A stretch of 32,821 nt of DNA, from assembly GCA_002926195.1 (NCBI GenBank), contig MZXQ01000097.1, positions 1 through 32,821 on the forward strand, given 5' to 3'. Numbering within the stretch: position 1 is the stretch's first letter; each line of letters begins with the position of its first letter. The stretch comes from Candidatus Methanomarinus sp. HR1 (GTDB taxonomy: Archaea > Halobacteriota > Methanosarcinia > Methanosarcinales > Methanocomedenaceae). Below, one piece after another: positions 10,278-19,266 of this stretch. Both the position numbers and the translations under genes were made by a program. The notes under the pieces were generated by a model, which searched no databases, had not been told where the DNA came from, and saw nothing but the letters and a program-made list of their open reading frames with translations.

Positions 10278-10972
10278 AACTAATTGTAATAGCAGGCACA
10301 CCCGGTTCAGGAAAAACATCGGTATTGATACATACCATCAAACTGCTTGAAAAAACCAGTGCTTCGCCCTGCGTTGTTAAGATAGACTGCCTATGGACTG
10401 ATGATGATAAAAGGTTTAACAAGCTTAACATACCTGTACGTATCGGTTTATCAAAAGATATGTGTCCTGATCATTTTGCAATTTATAATACTGACGATAT
10501 GCTTGAATGGGCCGCAAGAAACAACGCTGATATTCTGCTCAATGAGACCGCAGGTCTGTGTCTGCGGTGTGCACCCTATCCTGATGGGTGCCTGGCTGTA
10601 TGTGTGATTGATGTGACCACTGGTCCCAATACTCCTTTAAAAGTGGGGCCGCTTCTGACCACAGCAGATGTGGTAGTAACAACCAAAGGAGATATTGTAT
10701 CACAGGCTGAGCGGGAAGTATTCAGAGAGCGTGTCATTGAAGCGAATCCGCATGCCCGGATCATAGAAGCAAATGGTCTTAGCGGACAGGGTGCGGCAGA
10801 ACTTACCAAGATCATATTAAATATGCCTGCAACCGGAGATGATCTATCCTTAAGACATAACGCCCCTCTGGCAATATGTACATTATGCACAGGAGAGATG
10901 CATGTATCAAAACGGTATCATATGGGTGTGTTGCGGCATATTGACGGGTCAATGGGGTACAAAGGAGAATAA
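10274..10972 (+). CDS. G3E-family P-loop GTPase (HypB/UreG-like metallochaperone type), divergent
   Basis: Walker [29 protein letters not shown] aligns with the HypB DLLxIENVGNLVCPAxxxLG block. TKGD corresponds to the NKxD G4 motif. MCPDH (10463-10474) lies where UreG CPH and HypB CH metal ligands sit. ATGA overlap with the ABC gene. Confidence 0.7.
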   Translation: MKLIVIAGTPGSGKTSVLIHTIKLLEKTSASPCVVKIDCLWTDDDKRFNKLNIPVRIGLSKDMCPDHFAIYNTDDMLEWAARNNADILLNETAGLCLRCAPYPDGCLAVCVIDVTTGPNTPLKVGPLLTTADVVVTTKGDIVSQAEREVFRERVIEANPHARIIEANGLSGQGAAELTKIILNMPATGDDLSLRHNAPLAICTLCTGEMHVSKRYHMGVLRHIDGSMGYKGE

Positions 10973-11628
10973 TGAAAGACATAATTGATCTGCTTCCCGG
11001 GTTTAATTGTGGGGAATGCGGATTGCGGCAGTGCAGGGATTTTGCAGCAGCACTGGTTAATAATGAAACAGAACTTACTTGCTGTCCTCATCTGTATAAG
11101 GACAGATTTATCAGTAATATCAAATCAATAGAGAAGATTCTTTACGGATTGAAAAACAGTCAAAATGATACCCATAAAGAACCTGCCCGGATAAAAGGTA
11201 TTATTGACGGACTTGAAGCGGATTTTATTCTTGCTCCACTCTTAGATGAGACGTCATGCAGGGAATATTTGCATCCGTTCGATCATGAAACAAAACCTAA
11301 GGTAGATGAAGTTCTCAGGTATAGACCAATGGGATGTCCGATAACACATTTTGCCAGGGTACTGGATGTGGATAAAGGCATCATTACTGTACATATGGTC
11401 GGACCGCTTCATAGAATTGGAGATAAAGGTGCGCAATATCGGGATATCGGGTTATGTATGATCATCGGGTTTGATGGTATTGTCATTAAAGGCCGGGTGC
11501 CTGATGTTAGTGAAACGGTAAAGTTTCTTCCTGAACATTGTATGATGCAGAAAGTACATTCTGGTGTTGTGGTTCATTCGGAAGGTAAGCGTGTGAGGAT
11601 CGAGAGCATTGATCTGAAGGTATGGTAA
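10972..11628 (+). CDS. Fe-S-domain protein: RnfB/CFeSP-type N-terminal 4Fe-4S domain plus an uncharacterised C-terminal domain
   Basis: LPGFNCGECGLRQCRDFAAAL...CCPH matches the CxxCxxxxC...C putative Fe-S cluster domain found at the N-terminus of RnfB and corrinoid Fe-S proteins. TAATG overlap with the upstream GTPase gene. Confidence 0.65.
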   Translation: MKDIIDLLPGFNCGECGLRQCRDFAAALVNNETELTCCPHLYKDRFISNIKSIEKILYGLKNSQNDTHKEPARIKGIIDGLEADFILAPLLDETSCREYLHPFDHETKPKVDEVLRYRPMGCPITHFARVLDVDKGIITVHMVGPLHRIGDKGAQYRDIGLCMIIGFDGIVIKGRVPDVSETVKFLPEHCMMQKVHSGVVVHSEGKRVRIESIDLKVW

Positions 11629-11652
11629 GTGTAAGTGGTAGATGAATGATCA

Positions 11653-13032
11653 TTAACGAGCTGTTACCTCTAACTGCTTACCAATTATCCTGTCAAGCAT
11701 CCTGATAAACTCTGATCTTGCATTTCCTGGTATTGTGGCGCCAGCAGCAATATCATGCCCGCCCCCGATTCCTCCCATTGACCTGGCAGATTCATCCATT
11801 GCTGCAGCGAGATTCAGACCACGCCGTACCAGGTCATAATTACCCCTGCCAGATACTTTTACACCTTCCCGGGTATCAGCAAATGCGATAATAGGCAGAT
11901 TCCTGTATCCTATCGCTGTCATACTCATTCCTGCCACTATACCTACTATAGTGTCCTTAATCGCCGATCCGGCATCAAAATACTGAAGATTATCAAGTCT
12001 GGTCACCCCCATCTCCCTGACCAGGTTCATCCCTTCCACAAGGTTACGCCTGTGTTGCGCCAGAAGATGTATTGCATTTTCATATTCAGTCTCACGATCA
12101 CCCTGGCATACAGCCAGTCCGGTCTGCGCCTGATCATACCTGGCTGTAGCATTAAGTAGAGTAGAATATTCAGAAGCATCTCTGGTCTCAGTGCCTTCTT
12201 GCTCCTTGAGCAGAGTATATACTTCACCTACCAACCTCTGTATCTTATCAGTATGTAAACCATCGGATATGCAGAACCTGATCAAATTCGAGACAATTCT
12301 CTGTTTATTTGGTTGGTCCAGATCGATCCATCTTGCCCATTTCTCGCCCTGGGAATGCATACCACTTTTCTTAAGAAAATTGATACATGCATCTTCATTT
12401 CCTGTAAGACCACGCAAGTACGGGTCAGATGAATATTGTAGCATCTTATATACCGGTCTTGTCTGTTTTCCAAACAGCATAAGATCACGCTGGCAGTGTA
12501 TTATCCCTTTTTTTTTTCCAAGACCCACGATCTGGCGATTAACCCCTATAAGCTGACCCTGTTTTACATGCTGCAGATCCCCAACAGCACCCACCACAGC
12601 CAGATCTGCCAGATCATTATTATTACCCATAGCCCTTGCCAGTAAAAAAGTAGTGCCTGAACCACTGATCTCATAGGCACCATTGATGTTGAATATATGA
12701 GGATTCAGGTGATTTGCACAATCCCCTGAAGGAATATGATGATCGGATATCACTGCATTGATACCCTGACTATTGATTGTATCCAGCATTCCACTGCCAA
12801 GATCTGTAAAAACAGTAACTGAAGGGTTAAGATCTGCGATCCTGTTTATTATGGCATCATCAAGCTGTTTAACGAATTCAACTGAATATTCTTTACCTGC
12901 ACGTTCAAGGGCAGTACAGATGATCGCTGCTGAGGTCAGACCATCAGCATCAATATGGGATATCACATAGACATCCCGTTGATCCATTATGGTCTTCGCA
13001 CAATGATCGGCTCTTTTTTCAAATCGCTGCAT
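11653..13032 (-). CDS. DHH/DHHA1 phosphoesterase, archaeal RecJ-like (GAN/Cdc45-like) nuclease
   Basis: DHH motifs VISHIDADGLTS, VFTDLG, ISDHHIP and a C-terminal GGGH (GIGGGHDIAAG). Confidence 0.85.
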   Translation of the reverse strand: MQRFEKRADHCAKTIMDQRDVYVISHIDADGLTSAAIICTALERAGKEYSVEFVKQLDDAIINRIADLNPSVTVFTDLGSGMLDTINSQGINAVISDHHIPSGDCANHLNPHIFNINGAYEISGSGTTFLLARAMGNNNDLADLAVVGAVGDLQHVKQGQLIGVNRQIVGLGKKKGIIHCQRDLMLFGKQTRPVYKMLQYSSDPYLRGLTGNEDACINFLKKSGMHSQGEKWARWIDLDQPNKQRIVSNLIRFCISDGLHTDKIQRLVGEVYTLLKEQEGTETRDASEYSTLLNATARYDQAQTGLAVCQGDRETEYENAIHLLAQHRRNLVEGMNLVREMGVTRLDNLQYFDAGSAIKDTIVGIVAGMSMTAIGYRNLPIIAFADTREGVKVSGRGNYDLVRRGLNLAAAMDESARSMGGIGGGHDIAAGATIPGNARSEFIRMLDRIIGKQLEVTAR

Positions 13033-13050
13033 ATATTACCATATTAACAT

Positions 13051-14310
13051 TTATAATTCGCCAACAGAGGAAATATTCAGATCTACCGGTACTTTCGTGA
13101 TGTTTCCTATTTTTGCACCAATAATATCCTGTATTTCTTTTCCAGTAGCAATATCTACCAGTCGTTGGGTTACTACTCCATCAAATACAATACTTTTAAC
13201 CCTGTTGTCCACATCCTTCATTGAATTGGCCAGATCCCTTACTGTAACTTCTTTAATGACCTTTTTATTTTTATCTAAAAACCGCGCACTCAACGTGCCA
13301 TGAAGTTCATTCATATGAGTTTTAAATTCATTGGATATTGTAGGAGTTGCTTGTTCCGGCCTTCTGCGGGGGCGCTCTGCTAACCTGGGCTTGGCGACTG
13401 GAGCTTTTACTACTCTTTGCCTGATTTCCGGTCTCTCTTCTCTTTGCTTCGATTGAGGAATAGGTCTTGCTCTTCTACCGCCTATTTGATACCTATCCAT
13501 TGCCTGTTCTACTGGTATTTTCTGGCGAAGGGACTTTACAATCTCTTTTTGAACCAGTTCCTCAACTCCTTTGCCATCCGGAGCCCTTGCAATAAAATCA
13601 ATATCTGCAACCTGTAGTAATTCTTTAATAATCAGTTCACCACCACGGTCCCCATCAGTAAAAGCAGTAACTTTCTTCTTTTTACATAGATCTATGACAG
13701 TCTGAGGGGCATTGGTACCCCCAACTTCGATAGCGTTCTTGATCCCGTACTTTAGCATATTTAGTACATCTGCCCGTCCTTCTACTACAATAATGGCATC
13801 AGAAGTAGCAACATTAGGTCCGCAGGGAATATTATCCTTACCATAGAATGTCAATTCTTCAATTCTTGCAGCTTCCTTTACTTCATCAGTAATCTCCTGA
13901 CTTTCCGGCCAGCTGTCATCGAACATATCAGTAAGAATATATTTAGCCCTTTCAATTATTTGTTTTCTTTTGGAATGTCGGATATCTTCTATCTTAGCAA
14001 TCTCAATATTTGCCATACATGGTCCGATCCTGTCTATTGTCTCCAGTGAAGCAGCTAATATAGCTGTTTCTGTCTTATCGAGACTCGAAGGAATATCTAT
14101 ATTGCCAATCGATTTGCCTACACTGGATCTAATATTAACCTCTATTCTACCGATCCGTCCTGTTTTTTGAAGGTCACGAAGGTCAAGGTCATTACCTAAT
14201 AATCCTTCGGTTTGACCAAATATTGCACCAACTACATCAGGTCTTTCAACTATACCATCAGCTTTTATTTTTGTATGAATTATATATTTTGTAGTATCTG
14301 TATTTTGCAT
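13051..14310 (-). CDS. dnaG: Archaeal DnaG primase-like protein (Toprim domain; exosome-associated)
   Basis: N-terminus [32 protein letters not shown] is characteristic of archaeal DnaG. Toprim motifs are [10 protein letters not shown] and FTDGDRGGE. Confidence 0.92.
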   Translation of the reverse strand: MQNTDTTKYIIHTKIKADGIVERPDVVGAIFGQTEGLLGNDLDLRDLQKTGRIGRIEVNIRSSVGKSIGNIDIPSSLDKTETAILAASLETIDRIGPCMANIEIAKIEDIRHSKRKQIIERAKYILTDMFDDSWPESQEITDEVKEAARIEELTFYGKDNIPCGPNVATSDAIIVVEGRADVLNMLKYGIKNAIEVGGTNAPQTVIDLCKKKKVTAFTDGDRGGELIIKELLQVADIDFIARAPDGKGVEELVQKEIVKSLRQKIPVEQAMDRYQIGGRRARPIPQSKQREERPEIRQRVVKAPVAKPRLAERPRRRPEQATPTISNEFKTHMNELHGTLSARFLDKNKKVIKEVTVRDLANSMKDVDNRVKSIVFDGVVTQRLVDIATGKEIQDIIGAKIGNITKVPVDLNISSVGEL

Positions 14311-14821
14311 ATGAATTACCTCTCTTAATAAAAAATAGTAAGGAAAATATCGGTTTACCTGAAATAAAAGAGTTCAAAATTATTGAACATTATATACAAA
14401 TTTTTTTGAATCATATGACCTCTGTAGCTATAATTGCTTATACATGGAAATATAATCCTTTTTCCAAATTGCTCAATAATAGCGTTCTTTTATGACATCT
14501 GATGATAAATATAAGATGTCTCTTAATTTAATTAAGCAATTCCTTATTTAATGTAAATATACCGTTATTTATTGTTTTTTTTAACCCTTTTCCTTTACTA
14601 CTCTATTGAATACCCCATTTATATAATAATGATTTTTATGATTGTTACATAAAGACTCTATATTTAAGGATATACTGAAGTATGATATTATTCCTACTAT
14701 TTTAATTATTAAATTTCACCTATTAATATTAATTACATTTGATTATAATGTTATAATTTTCAATACCATTATTGTTGAGACTATATATTAAGTTATGGTA
14801 TTTATAATAATACTATCATGT

Positions 14822-15139
14822 TCATTCATAACAAAATACTTTTAACAAATCAAGTACCTGTTTAACGTCCATACCCTTAATGAGCACTGTCTTCTTATGA
14901 CTGGTTTGCCCTGAAATAAGAGTGATATCAGATTCACTGACCATCAATATTTTAGATAACTCGTTAATCAATTGCTTATTAGCTTTCCCTTTTTGTGGCG
15001 GCTGTGTGAGTTTAACTGTGATACGTTTTCTCCATGGATTATATCCACTTATAATCTTAACATTCTTACTTTCGGGTATTACTTCCAGATCAATAATAAC
15101 ACCGTTAGACGATTTCTTCACAGCATCTGTTATAGTCAT
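14822..15139 (-). CDS. DUF167 / YggU-family (UPF0235) protein
   Basis: 105 aa. PESKNVKI...VKLTQPPQKGKANKQLINELSKIL...GQTSHKKTVLI matches the family pattern. Confidence 0.75.
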   Translation of the reverse strand: MTITDAVKKSSNGVIIDLEVIPESKNVKIISGYNPWRKRITVKLTQPPQKGKANKQLINELSKILMVSESDITLISGQTSHKKTVLIKGMDVKQVLDLLKVFCYE

Positions 15140-15169
15140 TCATTTCACGGTTAAAAAAAATATAAGAAA

Positions 15170-15254
15170 TGCGGGGGACGTGATTCGAACACGCGTACTC
15201 CTACGAGAATAGCCCCTCAAGCTATCGCCTTTGACCTGACTGGGCAACCCCCGC
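15170..15254 (-). tRNA. tRNA-Leu (anticodon GAG), class II with a long variable arm; no encoded CCA
   Basis: The reverse complement folds by hand. Acceptor GCGGGGG/CCCCCGC, 3-bp D stem, anticodon stem ATAGC/GCTAT with loop TTGAGGG, variable arm TCTCGTAGGAGTAC, T arm GCGTG-TTCGAAT-CACGT, discriminator A. Confidence 0.9.
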
Positions 15255-15270
15255 ATAGGGTCTATCAGAT

Positions 15271-16062
15271 TTATTCTATTTCTGTTAGGATCTCATTTAA
15301 TTGTTTTGCATTATTGATAATAGTATTTGCTCCTTCCAGTAGCAGGTTCCTGGCTGTATATGAACCGTCAGATTCCATACGGAATATAAACGAATTGGTC
15401 TTGCCCTGAACAATAATTGCATCAATATCACAGGCATTCGTACACAGATTGCATAGGTTACAATTTAAAGCATCAGTGACAGTAAGTATATCATTTTCCA
15501 TAATAAGTATACCCTTTGGACACTCACCTATACACTTTCCACATGAATCGCAGTTCTCCAGTATATTAATTTCTGGCAAATTCTTATAACCACATGCAAT
15601 TCCAGCCTGCCATTTGGGATGTTTACGGCCAGTACCCAGTTTAGCAAAAGCTTCCAATACTAGTTCTTCATCCTTTTTCAATTCCACTATAGGAATCCGC
15701 TCATCAGCCGGTAAGATTTTAGGATCTGATGATAATATATCACCTGAATATACTATTATAGGTCCTTTTGAACTTAATGTCATTGATACCTGACACTTAG
15801 TACAACCCTCACCGTTGCAGTCACATTCTTCGGGAAGCACATAGGACTCCAGGTCTGTTGTGAAAGGAATCAATCCAACTCGCAGAGCAATTTGTTCATC
15901 AAATAAAACAGAAGTATTACCGTATATATTGATATAATCTATCGCCATAGTAGGTACTTCGGCCAGCATGCTCCTACGAAGTCCATTAATTATTGCAGGT
16001 TCTATTTGATTTATTATGAATCTGGCTTTGTTATCAGATAGTTCGATGATATCTATATCCAT
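15271..16062 (-). CDS. rpoD: DNA-directed RNA polymerase subunit D (Rpo3) with a ferredoxin-like Fe-S domain
   Basis: NGLRRSMLAEVPTMAIDYINIYGNTSVLFDEQIALRVGLIP. Two CxxCxxCxxxC motifs (CDSCGKCIGECP, CNLCNLCTNAC). The track ORF begins at GTG 16074. ATG 16062, preceded by tgaggg, is the more likely start. Confidence 0.93.
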   Translation of the reverse strand: MDIDIIELSDNKARFIINQIEPAIINGLRRSMLAEVPTMAIDYINIYGNTSVLFDEQIALRVGLIPFTTDLESYVLPEECDCNGEGCTKCQVSMTLSSKGPIIVYSGDILSSDPKILPADERIPIVELKKDEELVLEAFAKLGTGRKHPKWQAGIACGYKNLPEINILENCDSCGKCIGECPKGILIMENDILTVTDALNCNLCNLCTNACDIDAIIVQGKTNSFIFRMESDGSYTARNLLLEGANTIINNAKQLNEILTEIE

Positions 16063-16074
16063 TCTTTCCCTCAC

Positions 16075-16464
16075 TTATACTCTTCTACCTCTACGTCCAC
16101 CTTTGGCTTGAGTACCGTCGTGTGGTGTGGGTGTTACATCTTCTATCCTGCCTATTCTGATACCTGCTCTGGCAAAGGCTCTTATGGCTGCTTGTGCACC
16201 CGGACCGGGACTTCTCTGTTTATTTCCACCGGGGGCACGTACTTTAACATGAATACCCATTATATCTTTATCCTTGAGTTTTTCTGCCAGTATATTTGCC
16301 ATTTGCATTGCCGTATAAGGAGAACTCTCATCACGAGCAGCTTTCACAACCATACCGCCGCTTATCTTGGCAATGGTCTCTGCTCCTGTTACATCTGTAA
16401 TAGTGATTATGGTATTATTAAAGGATGCATGTATATGTGCTACACCCCATTTTCCTTCTGTCAT
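16075..16464 (-). CDS. rps11: 30S ribosomal protein S11
   Basis: [18 protein letters not shown]...VKVRAPGG...[10 protein letters not shown]. Confidence 0.95.
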   Translation of the reverse strand: MTEGKWGVAHIHASFNNTIITITDVTGAETIAKISGGMVVKAARDESSPYTAMQMANILAEKLKDKDIMGIHVKVRAPGGNKQRSPGPGAQAAIRAFARAGIRIGRIEDVTPTPHDGTQAKGGRRGRRV

Positions 16465-16483
16465 GGTCTACACTCCTTTGTTT

Positions 16484-17083
16484 TTATCTTCTTCTACCTT
16501 TTCTTCTTTTGTCTTGCTGTACTTCCTCTATTTGAATGATCTCATTCTTAACTATCTCAGCCAGACGTTGAGGATGTTCCTTTTTCTGCAATGGTGAATT
16601 AGTATAATATTCTATCCTTTGTTCATCATCTATTGATACAATGTAACTGGGTATAGTAATCTTTTTATTAGCTATTGAAATGTGACCATGCGTAATGAAC
16701 TGTCTTGCCTGTCTTATAGTACTGGCAAAACCCTGTCTATATACCTGTGTCTGAAGTCTTCGTTCAAGAAAATTCTTTGTATCAAGTGCCAGAATATCAT
16801 CAAGATTCCCTTCGGTGGACAGAATACTATACCGTTTAAGTCTGTTTAATATATCATCAGCTATTTGTCTGTCATGACCTGATAATTCTCCTTCAGTGAT
16901 CTCTGCCAATAACTTCATAGCAGAACGGCGGTATTTCCGAAGCATACTCTGGGCCTTCCAGACCTCACGTTTATTCCTGAGTCCATAGGTTTTTACATAA
17001 CCCACTTCTTCAGCCAACCTGAGCGCCTGCCAGGGATGCTTTGGTGTTTCATATGATTTGGTATTTTTACCCGGATATCCCAT
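16484..17083 (-). CDS. rps4: 30S ribosomal protein S4
   Basis: YETPKHPW N-terminus, S4 RNA-binding domain [11 protein letters not shown]...[10 protein letters not shown], conserved operon position. Confidence 0.95.
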   Translation of the reverse strand: MGYPGKNTKSYETPKHPWQALRLAEEVGYVKTYGLRNKREVWKAQSMLRKYRRSAMKLLAEITEGELSGHDRQIADDILNRLKRYSILSTEGNLDDILALDTKNFLERRLQTQVYRQGFASTIRQARQFITHGHISIANKKITIPSYIVSIDDEQRIEYYTNSPLQKKEHPQRLAEIVKNEIIQIEEVQQDKRRKGRRR

Positions 17084-17096
17084 TTTTCATCACCGC

Positions 17097-17567
17097 CTAA
17101 TTTACTTTTCTCTTAACACCGACAACAAGACCTCTTCTACCTGTAGATTTGGTTCTCTGTCCTCTAACTTTATGCCCTCGTTCATGTCTTATGCCTTTAT
17201 ATGAACGGGTCTTTTTCATGCTATTAAGATCTTCTCTTTTAATTAACAGTACATCAGTAGCAACAATATGTTTATCCTCGCCACTTAAATAGTCCTTACG
17301 CCTGTTAAGCATCCACACAGGTAAAATTGATTCAATATCATCTACTGTTTTATTCAGGGTTTCTATCTGCTCATCCTCAAGATAGCCCATGGTCGCTGCA
17401 GGGTCTACGCCTGATATATCAGAAATGATCCGTGCTGAGCGGCGGTTAATTCCTTTTATGCCTGTTAATGAGTACTGAACACTCTTTTTTCCTTCCAGGT
17501 CGGTATTAGCGACACGGACAATATGTTTAATCTCTTCTTGTTCGGTTTTTTCTTTTGGTTCTGCCAT
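17097..17567 (-). CDS. rps13: 30S ribosomal protein S13
   Basis: IVRVANTDLEGKKSVQYSLTGIKGIN...YKGIRHERGHKVRGQRTKSTGR. Confidence 0.95.
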   Translation of the reverse strand: MAEPKEKTEQEEIKHIVRVANTDLEGKKSVQYSLTGIKGINRRSARIISDISGVDPAATMGYLEDEQIETLNKTVDDIESILPVWMLNRRKDYLSGEDKHIVATDVLLIKREDLNSMKKTRSYKGIRHERGHKVRGQRTKSTGRRGLVVGVKRKVN

Positions 17568-17650
17568 TCAATGCATTCCTCCGATAGGAAGTTTTTCCTA
17601 TAGCCCCGGACTCTTTATCCGGCGCCGCCCTTCATATTGCGGGCGCGATA
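17568..17650 (-). promoter_or_regulatory. Structured, GC-enriched 5' leader of the S13-S4-S11-rpoD operon (three consecutive hairpins plus SD)
   Basis: Plus-strand coordinates. Hairpin ataggaa(17584-17590)/ttcctat(17595-17601). Hairpin ccgga(17606-17610)/tccgg(17618-17622). Hairpin cgccc(17626-17630)/gggcg(17641-17645), extendable with a bulge. SD ggagg lies just upstream of the ATG. Confidence 0.35.
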
Positions 17651-17801
17651 ATTGAAGATATAACCCTTAGATGTATTATTACTTAAAATAGCTTATGCAA
17701 GATCACAATATAGTTTGGACCTATAATACTTACAATCATGGTGTTTGACATCCAGTCCGAAATGTGGAGTATGCACATATGATCGCAGCTTTTAAGCCCC
17801 T

Positions 17802-17818
17802 AAAAAAAAGGAAAAAAA
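17802..17818 (-). terminator. Oligo-T terminator (T7-CC-T8 on the minus strand) after the ferredoxin gene
   Basis: Plus strand reads a8-gg-a7, 23-41 nt downstream of the ferredoxin stop (17841). Confidence 0.5.
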
Positions 17819-17840
17819 TATTTACTATTAATTAATGGTG

Positions 17841-18086
17841 TTATGCTGCAATTTCGATCGTTAATGAATTTACCGGACAGTTCTTAACACAGATGCCGCA
17901 GGCTTTGCACAGGTTGTAATCTATAACAGCCATTCCATTGGACACTGCAATGGCCCTTGCTTCCGTATCAACATCGAAGTCTATATCTTTTTGTTGCTTT
18001 AAATTACTGGGACACACTGATGCACAGTTGCCACAGCCAATACAACTCTCTTCTGAAAGTATCAGTTTCTTATCTTTCTTTGCCAT
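17841..18086 (-). CDS. 2x[4Fe-4S] ferredoxin (81 aa)
   Basis: CIGCGNCASVCP and CKACGICVKNCP. The track ORF extends to 18194, but the internal ATG at 18086 (MAKKDKK...) gives a normal ferredoxin length. Confidence 0.8.
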   Translation of the reverse strand: MAKKDKKLILSEESCIGCGNCASVCPSNLKQQKDIDFDVDTEARAIAVSNGMAVIDYNLCKACGICVKNCPVNSLTIEIAA

Positions 18087-18266
18087 ATTGAATTCCCTCA
18101 ATAATATTATTCTTTGGTATGTTCTATTATTTGCTATAATAAGAACGTTTCGAAATATACCGGAGGTCTTTAAATGATGAAATAGAAAAGTCATATGATA
18201 AATAGAAGAAGAACTTAAATATCAACATCAAATCCGATTTCCGGTTACAGGGAAATATATGCTAAT

Positions 18267-19253
18267 ATGACAAAAATTAAGAATATCAAGGAAAGAGAAC
18301 TAATTTCTTTAATCACTGGCATACTGGAAAAAAACCAGACTCACACCAGTGAAATTTTAAATAAATATATAGGCCCTGGAAAGGATGACTGTGCCGTTAT
18401 AGATATAGATAGCTCAAAACTTCTGGTTGCATCAACAGACATGCTTCACAGCACCACTGATTTTCCACCAGGTATGACACCGCAGCAAATGGGCTGGATG
18501 AGCGTTGCTGTGAATTTGAGCGATATTGCAGCTATGGGTGCCAGTCCAATAGGTATCATGATGGCTCTTGGACTGCCGCCTGATCTTGATCTGGATTTTG
18601 TAGAAGCTTTAGTCAGGGGCATGGATAAATGTGCCGGACACAGCGGTACGGTTATTATAGGTGGTGATATTGACAGACATGATGAGATAACTATTTCAGG
18701 GTCTGCACTCGGACTGGTAGATGCAGAGCATATAGTCTTAAGAAAAGGAGCACAAATAGGAGATATGGTATGTGTAACCGGTAAGCTTGGTACTGCAGGT
18801 GCCGCGCTGGATGCACTTATACATAATAGAAGTACTGATCGGTCTGTACTTGATAAATTCTATCAACCGGTTCCGAGGATACCGGAAGGTATATCTTTAG
18901 CGCAAACAGGATGTTTGACATCTATGATGGATATCAGCGACGGACTGGCATTATCTCTATATGATATTGCTGCAGTTAATAATATAGGATTTCATATACA
19001 GGCAAATAATATACCTATACATAATGAAGTTCGCAGCATGGCCTATAATGAAGATGAACTGTTTAAATGGAGTGTATACACAGGTGGTGATTTTGAACTA
19101 CTGTTCACTATTCGACCCGGGTGCCTGGAACAAGTTGAAAATAAAACAACAGTTCAATATACTGTGATCGGGGAAGTCACACAAAAAGGTATGACAATTG
19201 AACGACATGGTAATGTGATGGATATGAAACCTCATGGATTCACACAGTTCTAA
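18267..19253 (+). CDS. thiL: Thiamine-monophosphate kinase
   Basis: AIR-synthase-related fold motifs GKDDCAVIDI, ASTDMLH, VAVNLSDIAAMGA, GGDI and MMDISDGL. Confidence 0.85.
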   Translation: MTKIKNIKERELISLITGILEKNQTHTSEILNKYIGPGKDDCAVIDIDSSKLLVASTDMLHSTTDFPPGMTPQQMGWMSVAVNLSDIAAMGASPIGIMMALGLPPDLDLDFVEALVRGMDKCAGHSGTVIIGGDIDRHDEITISGSALGLVDAEHIVLRKGAQIGDMVCVTGKLGTAGAALDALIHNRSTDRSVLDKFYQPVPRIPEGISLAQTGCLTSMMDISDGLALSLYDIAAVNNIGFHIQANNIPIHNEVRSMAYNEDELFKWSVYTGGDFELLFTIRPGCLEQVENKTTVQYTVIGEVTQKGMTIERHGNVMDMKPHGFTQF

Positions 19254-19266
19254 GAGGATTGATAAT

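Noticed and set aside
12508-12517. A T10 homopolymer (A10 on the coding strand, encoding G-K-K-K-G) inside the RecJ-like gene, as a possible slippage or phase-variation site or frameshift.
   Set aside because: The reading frame is intact across it and the flanking protein sequence is continuous. It is noted only as a potential sequencing-error hotspot.
14311-14821. A replication origin in the 511-bp AT-rich spacer next to dnaG and the recJ-like gene.
   Set aside because: I found no ORB or mini-ORB-like repeated elements, no G-string motifs and no adjacent orc1/cdc6 gene. Archaeal DnaG is not an origin marker. It is kept only as an unexplained spacer.
15170-15254. tRNA-Leu as an integration site for a mobile element covering DUF167 and the AT-rich block.
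   Set aside because: No integrase or transposase gene is present, and I found no direct repeat of the tRNA 3' end in 14311-15169.
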